DNA of 63,545 bases, filler included, from Thraustochytrium aureum (lineage: Eukaryota): assembly GCA_012862495.1 (NCBI GenBank). It is 8 parts of 5 records of this genome, joined end to end, with 100 filler letters (N's around TTAATTAATTAA, not from the genome) between each part and the next. Parts side by side here need not be neighbours in the genome. Positions count along the whole stretch, not along the records: positions 46,243 to 57,945 come from BLSG01000222.1; positions 58,046 to 62,283 come from BLSG01000225.1; 6 more parts are not named here. The stretch is one strand, 5' to 3'. This document shows, piece by piece, positions 48,231 through 60,959 of this stretch (its first letter is position 1; the number at the start of each line of letters is the position of its first letter). The notes under the pieces were generated by a model, which ran no database searches, was not told the origin of the DNA, and saw only the letters and a list, made by a program, of their open reading frames with translations. A program made the position numbers and the translations under genes.

Positions 48231-49275
48231 ATGATGGAAGCTGGCACCGCTGTCCTCCAACACCGCCCGCACTGGAAGCCAGCTAAAGACCTCGCCGAGC
48301 ATACGGCAACCCCGAAAGGCAGCGTCTGCCAACTGGTGGGCCCCTTCGCCGGCCGAAACAAGTTCGCGCAGGCGCAAAGCATGGACGGCAGCAACGCAAC
48401 CGACAGCGGCAACAGCAACGGCGGCAGCAGCAGCAACAACAACAGCCAGATACAGCTCCTGACCCAGCTCCTCCTCGCGCAAACTAGAGTCGCGCAGTCG
48501 TCCGCCGGCGAGCCCGCGCTACACAGGCCCGGGCGCCAAGAACGGCATGCGTTGCCTTCTTTGTTGGGGCTGCCACATCCACGCTCTGAATCCCAACCGG
48601 TTGCAAGCCTGCTCGCACAGATGACAGCGCAAGACCAGCAGCTGCAGCTGCAGCTGCAGGAGGCGCAGCGCTCCCACCTCGCGGAAGCTCAACGCACGCA
48701 GCGACAGCAAAACGCGCTCTTGTACAACCAAATCCTGGGGCTCAACACTGGCTACGGAGCTGGGAGCTTCCTTGGTTCCATTGGAGGGGGCGCCGTGCCT
48801 TCGACGGCCGAGCCGTACATGACTGCGCAGCAGCTCGGGCTCGGATCAAGCATCGACCTCGACGTGTTGCTGCGGTTTGAACTCTTGCAACAACAAAACC
48901 GCGCCATGCGACTAGGGCTGAACGCGCAAAACGGTGCAGCGCTTCGCGCCGCGCTGGACCTGTCCACTGCAGCGCTGACAGGTGCCAGCAGGTCGCTCAA
49001 ACGCCCCGACTGCGCAAGTGACGACGGGGCACCCCGCTCTGGTGAAACGCTCGACGACCCAAAACGGCGCAAGCTCGGCCCTGCCGCAAAGTCAAGCTCG
49101 AGCTCACGCGCCGATGGGCCAGACAGGTACAAAAAGTGGCAAATGGAGGACAACTTGCCGCTGCTCGAGGCCATGAGCACCAAAGGGCGCCGCTGGGAGG
49201 AGATCAAGGAGACAGTAAACGCGAGTCTCGACACAAACTTTAGCTACGGGCGTGTCAAACACAGGTGCCGCCACC
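48231..49275 (+). CDS. Gln-rich protein with a Myb/SANT-like domain (3' end in gap)
   Basis: Q-rich region followed by KWQMEDNLPLLEAMSTKGRRWEEIKE...RVKHR. Confidence 0.55.
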
Positions 49276-49732
49276 NNNNNNNNNNNNNNNNNNNNNNNNN
49301 NNNNNNNNNNNNNNNNNNNNNNNNNNNNNNNNNNNNNNNNNNNNNNNNNNNNNNNNNNNNNNNNNNNNNNNNNNNNNNNNNNNNNNNNNNNNNNNNNNNN
49401 NNNNNNNNNNNNNNNNNNNNNNNNNNNNNNNNNNNNNNNNNNNNNNNNNNNNNNNNNNNNNNNNNNNNNNNNNNNNNNNNNNNNNNNNNNNNNNNNNNNN
49501 NNNNNNNNNNNNNNNNNNNNNNNNNNNNNNNNNNNNNNNNNNNNNNNNNNNNNNNNNNNNNNNNNNNNNNNNNNNNNNNNNNNNNNNNNNNNNNNNNNNN
49601 NNNNNNNNNNNNNNNNNNNNNNNNNNNNNNNNNNNNNNNNNNNNNNNNNNNNNNNNNNNNNNNNNNNNNNNNNNNNNNNNNNNNNNNNNNNNNNNNNNNN
49701 NNNNNNNNNNNNNNNNNNNNNNNNNNNNNNNN

Positions 49733-50899
49733 AACAAGAGCTGCTGGCTGCCGGGTGAGAACGACCCAGCTTGGCCCACTAGAAGCGATTGGAAGAGCAT
49801 GCGCGCGACCAGATCGACGAGGAGCGGGTGCTGATGCTGTGCGAACCGCGCGAGCGACTCACACATGGCGCCGTCCACTCTCTCCACTCCTGGCGAAGCA
49901 ACCGCAGGATGAACCGCACAAGCCTCGCGGCAGCTGTCAGCAAAGCGCTGCGCGAAGGCAGAGACTTCCCCACCGTCCGCCTCGCGAGGCAAGAATCCAT
50001 GCTTTTGCTGATAGTGAGCGAGCCCTTGCCAGGCGCAGTGCAGCTGGCTCAAGGCCGTCACAGGCTCTGCAGGGCAGATGCTCACCCGCTCGGGGTCGGC
50101 GTTTGGCCGCAGCACGGACTCCCGCAACGAGAGAAAGCGCGAGGTGGCCCCGCCATTTGGGGCCTCGTCCCCAGGGCCGCCCACAACTTGCTGCACGCGC
50201 TCGAGGACACCAGAGCCGGCAGCCACGCGCTCAAAGAGGTCAAGGTCAGCTGCGCCCACCTCAAGGCGCGCCTCAAAGCGCTTGGGAAAGCATGCAGCAA
50301 TCGTAAACACCTTGTCTGCCGTAAACCGTGGGGCGCCTCGCACAGCGCTCAAAACAACCTGCTCGCCCGCTGCGAGGCGGAACGGGGCGTCGTCGTAGAG
50401 CTGGACGACGCCGCCCCTTGAAATGCGCTTTATACTGCGTGCCGAGCTTGGCTCCAGGATCACACGCGCTGGCTCGGCCTTGGCTGCGCTCCCGCCCTCG
50501 GCTGTCTCTGGCAGGACGCGCCACAAGAACGCGCGCAGGGCGAGACCTGCCACGTCGACTGTGATGAACAGCTGAGACCCGTTCCAGCGACAGTACTCGT
50601 CGAGCCGTATCTGCTCGTGCTGCGGCGCATTGAGCAGGACAACGCCAGCGAACGCGGCAAGGTCTTGCTCCCGCACGGAGGCGACGAGCGCGCAGCCTGC
50701 CTCCGCGTGCGGCGCATGCTGTTCGCCCCTACCTGAGGCCACCACCTTGAAAACCTTGACACCGCCCGGCCACGCGAGCCTCAGCTTGCCGCTGGCAGCA
50801 GTGCCACGTTCCACCTCGGCTAGCACCTGCGCGTCCAGCGCTTGGTCTGTCTCTGCGTCGTCTGCGCTGTATACCAGATCGCAGGGCTTGTCCCGACAT
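49733..50899 (-). CDS. Divergent ubiquitin-activating enzyme E1-like protein (N-terminal IAD/FCCH/4HB-like regions; partial)
   Basis: LAAFAGVVL...EQIRLDEYCR...FITVDVAGL; ISRGGVVQL...GEQVVLSAVRG; QLHCAWQGLAHYQQKHGFLP. These follow the order of the UBA1 N-terminal half. Confidence 0.65.
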
Positions 50900-51071
50900 G
50901 GCTGCTCCCAGCGCGCTCGCGCCGTGGAGCAAGCGCCTTTGCGCACGCGCTTCCGGCAGAAGCCGCGCTCAGCTCGCAAGTGGGCGGAGTGGGCGGCTGG
51001 ACGTGAAATGCTCAAAGAAATGAAGGAATGTTGCCGTTAGTGCCGTTGCGAGCGGTCTTCTGCTACCGGGG

Positions 51072-53214
51072 TCAAAAGTCGTACACGTCAAAGTTGGCGC
51101 AAGTCTGCTGCTGGCGCTGCTGCCGGCGAATGTGCCACAGGAGAATGTCGTGACGCAGCGCCTTGTTCTCGGCCAAGTCGCGCAGCTCGAGCGGCTTCCC
51201 GGACACAGGGCACAGGGTTTGGCCACTGAGGAGGAGGTGCTCAATGGCCTGCTTGTCGAAGCAAATCCCATGTGCCGATACAGGGTCGCGCATGACGCGC
51301 TTGCTGAGAGCGCAGATGAACCGGTCTGGCGCACCAGCGACATCCGCCTCGCAATCTTCCTCCGGCACCTTTGACTCGCTCGGATGCGGAGTGGACGCTC
51401 GGCACGTCATTGGCCTGGAGGGCCGGCGATGGCGACGTCGCTTGGCGCCACCTGCTGCTTTGGACCGCCTGCGCGCCTCTTTCCCGCTTGCGGCGATCTT
51501 GCCGCTGCTTGAGGGGGCCTCCGCGCGGGGCTCCGGCATATCGCGCTTGCATTCTGGGTCTGGGGGCTGGGCTGTGTCGCCGGCCTTGCTCTCTGGACCC
51601 TCGCACGAGTCGCCTGCTTTGCTCTCAGGCAGCTCCGCCGGGGCTTCGATTTCGCGGTGCTCGGGCGGCAGTCGTGCCCTTCTGTGCGGCTTGAGAGGAG
51701 GTAGGTCGCCGAGGAGCCGAAAACCGCGGCCCCGCGCTGTCGCTCGCCGGGGCTCGTCGAAGCGTCTCCGTGCAAACCTCGCTNNNNNNNNNNNNNNNNN
51801 NNNNNNNNNNNNNNNNNNNNNNNNNNNNNNNNNNNNNNNNNNNNNNNNNNNNNNNNNNNNNNNNNNNNNNNNNNNNNNNNNNNNNNNNNNNNNNNNNNNN
51901 NNNNNNNNNNNNNNNNNNNNNNNNNNNNNNNNNNNNNNNNNNNNNNNNNNNNNNNNNNNNNNNNNNNNNNNNNNNNNNNNNNNNNNNNNNNNNNNNNNNN
52001 NNNNNNNNNNNNNNNNNNNNNNNNNNNNNNNNNNNNNNNNNNNNNNNNNNNNNNNNNNNNNNNNNNNNNNNNNNNNNNNNNNNNNNNNNNNCGTTGTACA
52101 AGAGGACCCACGCGGCCTCCCGATGGAAGAGCCCTTCCGTCCTTGGGGCGGCAGCCTTCCCTCCTAGCAGGGCCTCTGTGCAGTCTCGCTTGGCAATTTC
52201 GTTTTGCACGGCAGACTCGTAGCTCATCGTCAGCAAGAGCTCCAAGGCAGCGGAAAACCCTCTGCAGAAAAGCGGCTTGACGCGCGTGCCCTGTGGGCGT
52301 GTCCACCGTGACGAGTCTGTGCTCGTGTCGTAAAAATAGAATTGAGAGGATTGGTAGTCGACCAGCTCGCGCCAGCGCACCGTTGCGGGGTCTGCCTCCA
52401 CCATCCGGCGCCAGCAGTCGTCCAGGTATGGCAGCAGCAGCCCGCGAAGGGTGTCGCCGAGTCCCAGGAACCCGCGAAACTCGAAGCCGTCGCCAGGAAG
52501 CAAGTCGCAAACCCCACGAAATAGATCAAGAGTGGCAATTATCCTCTGGTCTGCCAGAGGGGCCTTGTGTTGCAGCATGTCCCAGAGACGCGCCCCAACC
52601 GATCCAAAGTCCATGATGCACTCGGAGAGTGCCAGCATGCGCAGGCAAAACTCAGATAGCATATGCTCTTCAAACCCACCCAAGTCACCGTCCAAATCGC
52701 CTGACATGCCCTGCGCCAGAAAGTATGAGGAAGGGGCCATCAGTTCGCGGATGAGGCTGCACATTGTCGGGATCAGGTCCTCGCTCGTGCCTTCCTCGAG
52801 GAGGCCTTCCCAGTACACCACGCGCAGGATGGCGCTCAAGATCTTTCGCGTGTCAGCCCAGTGCAGCTCAACGTCGTCCTTGCCCTCGATCGCGTTGAAC
52901 AGGACAAGGATGTCGCTCACATGAAAGTCCGCATGGTAGACACGGATCATTAGGTGGATCACCTGCGCCTGCACCTCGGCCGACTCTTCAAACATGAGCT
53001 CGAATAGGGGCGACTCAATTTTGTCCAGCGCGCACTGCCTTACGCCCATCGTGAACCTGGCCGCGTCTTTGGCGAGCTCGTTCAGTCCTTGCAGGTACCT
53101 CACGACCGATTCCACGCCTTGGAGGCCCCTCCCGTCCTCGTCCACCGCCGCCACGAGCGCCTCCTCGTTCTCTGCATCAGCCCAACGTCCTGGCGATCTG
53201 CTCTGCGCCTCCAT
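51072..53214 (-). CDS. WW-domain + U-box E3 ubiquitin ligase-like protein (internal gap)
   Basis: Helical N-terminal region; WW domain WRELVDYQSSQFYFYDTSTDSSRWTRP; U-box PDRFICALSKRVMRDPV...FDKQAIEHLL...CPVSGKPL...NKALR. Confidence 0.8.
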
Positions 53215-53217
53215 CGC

Positions 53218-53249
<32 letters not shown>

Positions 53250-53637
53250 GCAGCAGCAAGCAGCAGCTCTCGTTCGACACCCAACGTTCGCGTCCCACGC
53301 CCCGNNNNNNNNNNNNNNNNNNNNNNNNNNNNNNNNNNNNNNNNNNNNNNNNNNNNNNNNNNNNNNNNNNNNNNNNNNNNNNNNNNNNNNNNNNNNNNNN
53401 NNNNNNNNNNNNNNNNNNNNNNNNNNNNNNNNNNNNNNNNNNNNNNNNNNNNNNNNNNNNNNNNNNNNNNNNNNNNNNNNNNNNNNNNNNNNNNNNNNNN
53501 NNNNNNNNNNNNNNNNNNNNNNNNNNNNNNNNNNNNNNNNNNNNNNNNNNNNNNNNNNNNNNNGTCCTCCCGGTGGCCCCCGGAAGCCCTGGCACGGTCT
53601 CCGGCGGCCTCAGGNGGCCCCCCGAGAGCGGTGCGTT

Positions 53638-53669
<32 letters not shown>

Positions 53670-54133
53670 GCACTGGGCGGCGCTGCCAGTGCGTGCGGCG
53701 CAGCAATGGTTTCTTGCTCCAACGTCTTTGTCGTCTGAACTCTGTCATGCTTTGGACAGCGGTCGAAAAAGGAAAACTGGCCCCACAAAAAAGACCTACA
53801 TGGAGGATTTTGGAGCCGAGCAGAACGAGATCGAAGAGCGCCGCGGCGCGCAAGGCGCCGAGGGGCAGGCGCGCGACGCAGGCCGATAGCGGGCCGGCAG
53901 AGCCACTCTGTGGACGGGAGCGCTCGCGCGCAGCGAAAGGAACGCCTCAAGTGGCAACCAAGCTGCTTGGCTGGTCCCTGGCGAAGCTGCTGGTCCCACC
54001 CACTGCCAGACGCACGGGGGGAGGCTGCTTGGGCCGCCGCTGCAGCTGCGGCGGCTGCGGCTGCTGCTGCTGCTACTGCTGTTGCTGGGGCTGAACGGGC
54101 GCTTGACGAGGACGGCGGAAGGCAGCGTTGAGG

Positions 54134-57100
54134 ATGGCGAGTCCTCTGGACTCGGCCGCGCGGCGCCGAGGGCCGCCGCCGTCGCAGGCGGGCTCGAAGA
54201 GGAGGCAGAGGGCAGCAAGGGCGGTTGAAGAGCAACAGCTCTTGAACGGCCCGGCGCGGCGCTGGATGCCGTTTGCACCAGACGACAACGGGGTCTGTGT
54301 CGTCACTGGGCTCACGAAAGTAAACGCCCCAGCCGTCCTGTTGTCGAACGCAGAAGCGGGCCCAGGGCAGTCCAGCCGAAATGGCGGGCCGCGATCTGTA
54401 GACAAGGGCGCGGCGCAAGACTTTGGCACCTCGGCGCGCTTTAGCACCTTCGGAGACAACGTCGCGGCCCCTAAGGCGCATTCCAGGAAGTGGCGGCTGG
54501 ATAGGATCGAGCCCAGCTCGGGTTCACGGCTTGGTCTGCAAATGGTTACGCTTACGGGCAAGTTTCCCATGGTGACGGACCCGCAGCTCGTGTACGTGAG
54601 CTTCGGGCTCAAGCTGCAGCGACCTGCTCGTTGGGACACTTCGCAAATCGAGTGCTACTCGGCCCCAGCGGGCAAGAACGTGAGCGAAGTCAAGGTCGCA
54701 GTCTCTTTCGACGGCGGCAACTCCTTCACGAGAGATCTCATTACATACACTTACTCTGACGCGGGCAGCATGGTCCACCTGCCCAAGCCAGGCTCGCACG
54801 TGTTCCACTGGGGCAACGTTGGCGCACTGGCCACAAACGAAAACGGTAGCCCAACCCACGTGGCCAAGCTCGCCGACCTCGAACGAGTGTTGAACAGCGC
54901 GAAAAGCAAAGCAAGCAAGGCGGAGGCTGGCTCGAACAGGCCCGCCTGGGTGGAGAAAAATACCCCTCGTTCCACGACGGCAGCGCCTGATTCTGGACAC
55001 CTTTGTGCGCAAATACCTTGACACGAGCGAGCAGGGTCTCGTTGAAGCTGCACTGAGCGAGAGCAACTTGGACGGCGTCCAGGCTCTGGCTGAGCTGATG
55101 CACAGCTTTTCTAGCACGCACGGGGCCAGACAAGAGTCAGAGCGCGTTCGTTTCGTGGGGGGCGTGAACCGCGTGGCAGACTCTTTCCGCCAGCGCCTTC
55201 TGGTCTTTCAAAGCAAGGGAATGGCCATCAAGTCTATCGCGCTGTCCGACTCGACCGCGCTCGTGCTCTTGGAAGATGGGCGCATGGTTGCACAGCTACC
55301 CGTCCACGGGGACGGGTCGCCGCATCGCGGCTGGCCCACGCTGGACAACTACGCGGCTTGGACTCCCGAAGCCGGCGTCGGCGCACCCCGCACGCTTGCA
55401 GAACCAGGGAACGAGGCTGACAGCGCTGCCTCTGCTGGCACAAAGTCTGGCAAGTCTGCAGCTCGCAAAGCCCAAGGCACAGGAGGCCCTGTGGCGCGCC
55501 GGAACGTTCTGGTCATGTTGCCTCCCGTCGGCGCGTCTCTCCAGGACCTGGTCCCGGAGTCCGCAGCGGACCTCTTGAAAAACCCAGGTGGGTGGTTTTT
55601 CGAAGCGAAAACACGCCCGCAGGGCATTGACGGGCAACCAAAGCTGGCAGCCCCTATTTTCCCACGTTTCACTCAGGTGGCACACGTTGCTGCGGGGGCC
55701 AACCACTTTTGCGCTGTCTCAGACCATATGTCCGGCGCGCTCTTGTTCACTTGGGGCGACAACGGGCAAGGCCAGCTTGGACTGGGGATCCCCGCGCCGC
55801 ACGTGGATGCGCCAGCTCGCGTCGACTTTGGTGGCCCGCGCAACATGGCCAACCACGTCAGAGCAGTGTGCTGCGGGCCCAACTCGACCATGTGCGTCAC
55901 GCTTGACAGTTTCGGGCGCACGAGCCTCTTCTCGTGGGGCGGCCACGCTGTGCAGCCAAACGTCAACATGAAGGAGCGCGTGCGCCTCAACCACCGGAGT
56001 GCTCTGGACGGGCTTGCCTTCCCGCACCAAGGGGTAAGCAGCCTGCCTGTGTTCTGCTTTGAGTTCAAGCCGACCGCGCTGGTGGTCGAGGGAGTGAGCG
56101 CGAGCAACCCACACCAGTTTTGGACGTCCTCGATTGAGCGCTGGCTCCTGGCCGTCGAGCAGGACTGGATCACGAGCCAGTCAAGCGCGCCATACCACGT
56201 CGAGGTTGACGACACGCAAGCAAAAGTTGAACACTTGAATCAACTCTCGGAGCTGCTGGACATGCATCTCGGCATGAAGCACGCGTACATTGAGGACTTG
56301 GAGCAAGCGCTAGACTTTGACGTGGTAGAGACGAGCGAGGCTGCTGGACGCGAGGTGGAGGGTGTCGACATTGCGCAGCTCGAGCTGGAGGGCCTGATTA
56401 GCGCCATCGAGGCCAGCATCAACAAGCTGAACCGGACGCTCGTCGACCTCGGCGCGTCGCAGCGCTCCTACTGGGCAGAGCTGCGCAGGGTCGACCTCTC
56501 GGTTCGCAAGTGCGTCGAGGAAATCGAGGCCCTAAGCGAGCTCGNNNNNNNNNNNNNNNNNNNNNNNNNNNNNNNNNNNNNNNNNNNNNNNNNNNNNNNN
56601 NNNNNNNNNNNNNNNNNNNNNNNNNNNNNNNNNNNNNNNNNNNNNNNNNNNNNNNNNNNNNNNNNNNNNNNNNNNNNNNNNNNNNNNNNNNNNNNNNNNN
56701 NNNNNNNNNNNNNNNNNNNNNNNNNNNNNNNNNNNNNNNNNNNNNNNNNNNNCGGCTGCTGAGCGAGAAAGCGGGCCGGATCGGGAAATGAGAAACTCCG
56801 CGCCGGCGCCTGCGAACGCCGGAGCGGCTGGAGCAACGCCAAAGAGCTTCCCCAAGGCATCGCTCTTCAGCTTTGCGGCCAAATCTTTGAGCTCGCCATC
56901 TAGCGGGTCGATCGCCAGAGGCGCGGCGAGCCGCCTTGGCTTGCTCCCGGGATTCCGACGGCAGCCAGCGCCGCGTGACGCCCAACCTAGTCGAGCCGAG
57001 CATGACGCCGAGGATGGCGGCCCGGAAGAAGACGACCAGGTCGCGGACGAGACCGGGGAAGGGAGCGATGGCCAAGCCTCGCGCCGCGCGGGCAACATCA

Positions 57101-57890
57101 AACGCCGTGGGTCGATCGAGACCTACAAGAGCATATCCGCCCTGCAAGACCAGATTGCGCGACTCTCCGTGTACAGAAACAAGATCCAAGCCGAGCTGGA
57201 CAAGGAAACTGAGCTCGCGGACGACGTCACTGCCCAGGTACGCGAGTTGGAAACAAGCCACGGCCTGTTCAACGACCTGCTCACGGATTGGTGCGTCGAA
57301 GACGACGCGCTCCCGCTCAACGCGCGCTCGGCCGCGCTGCATGACGATTTTGATGTCGTCCTGGAACTGCTGGCAGACGTCCAGGCCAGCACTGTGGGAG
57401 ACCTCGCGGACCAAAGACCCGCCTCGGAGCATGCCGTCGGGCTCTTTGGCAGAGGAGCAAGTGTCGTGGATGCCAACGTGGCTCGTCTATTCGCCAGGCC
57501 AGGCGCGATGACGCGCGAGTCTGTGCCGAGCTCCTCCGGGGTGGAGCCAGGTCGAGGGCTCCTCGAGCTCGTGGACCAGGTCCAGCATCGAATCGGCAGT
57601 ATTCGCGAGGCAGTAGCCGCCTTTGGTGCAAGCACAGAGGCTTCGGTGCGATCTGCCGATGTTGAACAAGCTCCAGGCGATGTCGACAGCGCTGAGGCTG
57701 CGAAGGCGCTTCTCGAGCTGACCTTGGACATTTGCGCGCTCAAGCAGATCAACCTTTACGGCCTGAAGAGCCTTTCGGCAGAAACGGACCGCCTACTCAG
57801 CATGAGGTTGGCGGCTAGCTTTTCGAGCGCCTCATTTGACGACATCCCCAGCATGGCGCGGCACACGCAGCACATCGAGTCGCCACTCTA
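54134..57890 (+). CDS. IPT/TIG + RCC1-repeat + coiled-coil protein (frameshift at ~55000; gap)
   Basis: IPT/TIG: IEPSSGSRLG..VTLTG...IECYS...VAVSFDGG. RCC1: VAAGANH..., LFTWGDNGQGQLGLG, LFSWG. C-terminal heptad repeats. Confidence 0.7.
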
Positions 57891-58046
57891 GCTGGCTGGT
57901 TCAACCTCGGCTCGGCGCAGAGCAACCCCGTTCCCTTGGCGCATGNNNNNNNNNNNNNNNNNNNNNNNNNNNNNNNNNNNNNNNNNNNNTTAATTAATTA
58001 ANNNNNNNNNNNNNNNNNNNNNNNNNNNNNNNNNNNNNNNNNNNNT

Positions 58047-58403
58047 AGGTGCCCTCCATACTCGAAGCCCAAGCCGGATCGTGAATGCTACGACAACTTC
58101 GACGACTGCGAGTGCGAGGAAGGCTTCATCGCCAAGAGGCGCAAGTGCGTTTCCAAGTTTGAGTGTCCGAAGAACAGCTTTGCCAAAGTGCACAACCCGC
58201 GTAGTCCTGGAGACTGTGAATGCAAGCGGGGTTTCATCGCGAAGGAAGACAAGTGCGTTCCCAAGTGCAAGGGCAACTACGAGTGCCCCCTGTTCTCAAA
58301 ACGCAAGCCGAATCGCGACTGCTACGACTCATTCGACGACTGCGAGTGCAACTTTGGGTTTATCGCGAAGTGGGGCAGGTGCGTGCCCAAGTTCAATTTT
58401 TAA
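58047..58403 (+). CDS. C-terminal fragment of a Cys-rich EGF-like repeat protein
   Basis: Three units of CP..S...(C)Y..FDDCEC..GFIAK...CV, ending ...KFNF*. Confidence 0.7.
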   Translation, partial: RCPPYSKPKPDRECYDNFDDCECEEGFIAKRRKCVSKFECPKNSFAKVHNPRSPGDCECKRGFIAKEDKCVPKCKGNYECPLFSKRKPNRDCYDSFDDCECNFGFIAKWGRCVPKFNF

Positions 58404-59769
58404 GAAGACCATCAAGAAATGTCGAGGTTCCGCCACGGACAAGCCGACGAGATTCGCACCAGTAGAGCAATTTCCACCAATGGTGAAGAACAATCAGCAA
58501 AAGCAAAGTTGACTCTAGCTATAGAGCGTCGTTGCGTCCCTTGCGACTTTTTCCGTTCGAGCTCGTTCGATGGCCTCGCTGGATCACAGCAGAGTCTGAG
58601 TTCGCTGCCGGGATAAATGTCAGTCGTAGCGAGATCCGCACGGGCGACCTCAGCCTGCTCGAGACAACTCGGCGCCGGGGAGCCCTCAAAACGCGAGTCG
58701 TCGACCACCTCAGAGCGAAAAATCGATGCGTTGCCCAACTTTTGTCACATTCATGGATCCGCAGGTGGTGGGCTTTCGGGCAGCAGCGTTTGACGGATGC
58801 TCTCATTCGAGGCCAATCGACTCGCTCTTGGCGGTGCCCACGAGTGCAGGGGCGACCTCTGAAGAAACGGGCTCGCTGGAGCAGTTGTGACGTTCTCTGA
58901 AAGCCAGGGCGTCCTGCCAGCGTCTACGTTCCTTCCTCGAACCGAAAGGCAGGCAGCATCCAACGACAACGGAAAGCCCCTGACTGAAAACGGGACGGCT
59001 GACCGAGCGCTACTCGAGCCAAGCCTGAACCACAACGCGCCTAGTTTGGTCGTCTTCCTCGTCGCCTGCGTCGACAACTATCTCGACGCCGCACGAGCGC
59101 GCAGTCCGCAACGGCTCAGGCTGCGCCATCATCTTGCACTGCCATCAACAGTCTTGCACGGGCGCGGCATTGCCGAGTTCATCATGGTCATCCGACGAGC
59201 CGAGTCCTCCCGAGGGCATCACGAGGACGCAGCGTGGGCAAGTCGGAGGCCCAGCTACACCCCCGGCGTTGCGAGAAAATCGACGAAAACCCGGCATGTC
59301 GGCTCCTCTTCGAGCGGCAGCTCAGCCACGACAGCGGCATCTCCGAGGTGTGTCCCCACTTTGCCGAGAGCTGCGCCGTTGCGTGGAGCTGCGCAGTTTC
59401 CAGCGAAGCCGAGCGGTGGCGAGGCGTTGTTGACGCGAAAGAAACGCAGCGAGTTCCGATGCACGTGGGCGTGCCGCGAGCCGGAGGGTTTTGGACCTTC
59501 TCGGTACTCACTCAACTCTGCCTACCGTGAGAGCAAGGACACCTTCTTCGCACGACAGCAGGAGTCGGCTTGTGGACCGTGGCTGGATGCGGCGCACGAC
59601 TGGCCCAGGAGCTGTTTTGTTCAAGGGATGTTGTTCCTGATGGGGCTGGTGGCGTATCCACGCCTGGTTGTCGGCTGTCGACAGGTCGCTGTGCATGGCG
59701 CGAAGCAATGGAGGCGCTGGCTTTGCGGCCAAGCACGTCGGTAGTCTGCACAGGATCTGTCTGGGCTCG

Positions 59770-59812
59770 TCTCTCGCTCTCGCTCTCGCTCTCGCTCTCG
59801 CTCTCGCTCGCT
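59770..59812. repeat. (CTCGCT)n microsatellite
   Basis: About 6-7 units. Confidence 0.85.
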
Positions 59813-60959
59813 GTCCTGACGGGCGCCGTGGTTTGTGTGCACGCAAGGCAACGGTTTTGAGTGTGAGGTTTGAATGTGCGTACGACCAACATGATCGTTG
59901 GTAGTACGAGGGCAGGAGCAGCGCGCAGCACAGAGTGCCAGCAGCAGCAGCAGCAGCAGCAGCAGTTTGTACCAGTCACACCTGCACGGGTGCAATCTGT
60001 ACCGGTTGGGTGCTTCATGCGCTCCTGACGGCGCTCGGCGATCCGGCCGGGATGATTGCGGAGACGAAAAGCGCGGCTCCCAGCGCTCTGCGCACTCCTG
60101 CTACCCACACACTGCCAGGCGATACCGGCCGGCCCTGCGGCCAGCCTGGCTCAGCCACTTCCTTCTCTGCCCGTCCTTGACCGAGGAAAGGGTGGATCCG
60201 ATACGACTCGGTCAGGCCATGTCGAGAGCAGGCCTGAGGTTTTGTCGGCATGGGCACGGCACGGGGCCGGGGCGCAAGCACGAGCGGGACACATCCCAAG
60301 TTCTCCCTCTTTCACCAAAGTCACCACCCTGGGCTTGCCTGTCTGCCTCCCAAGAAAAAGTAGCGCCCTCCATTGGACGAAGAAACGAGCGCCAGAGCGC
60401 GGCAGGTCCAACTTGCATTCGGCGCTGCGCACGAACCGGCCTGCGACGTGTTCGCCTGCCGGTGGAGCCCCTTTGGCGGGCCCTCTGGACGAGCTCTCCC
60501 TCTCCCTTTGGCTTCGAGAACGACGACCATCCAGGAGCCGAGGAAGGAATCCTCCTGGCTCAAGCTCTGCTCCTCGAACGACTCGATAGCTCCAATTGGT
60601 GAGAAGATGAAGTGGGCCTCCGGGAGTGCCAGCGGGGAGCTGCGAACCCGTCTGCCAGAGGAAGGCGAGCCGTGACGTGGAACATGCAAGATCGCCTCCC
60701 ACCATCAACCAGCGCGGTGCAAAGCCGAGAGAAAGACCCATCGGTTGTCGGAAAAGGCCCCCTAAGTCAGCAGCAGGCTTAGAATCGAGAAACAGATTTA
60801 AAAAGCTGGTCAGTCAGCCATCACGCACGACGTCCAATCTACGAGCAACAGCCACGGCCCCGCCCGAGGCAGACAGACCCCCAACCCACCCGAGAAAACC
60901 CAAGCCGACAACAAAGGCCGACAACAAAAGGCAGCAAGCAGCTCGCTCCTCCCGCAACC

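Noticed and set aside
58404..60900. Hidden gene or ncRNA in long intergenic stretches (also 46243-48200 and 10100-11600)
   Set aside because: No recognisable protein motifs, tRNA arms or snRNA/rRNA signatures by eye; a covariance-model search would be needed.
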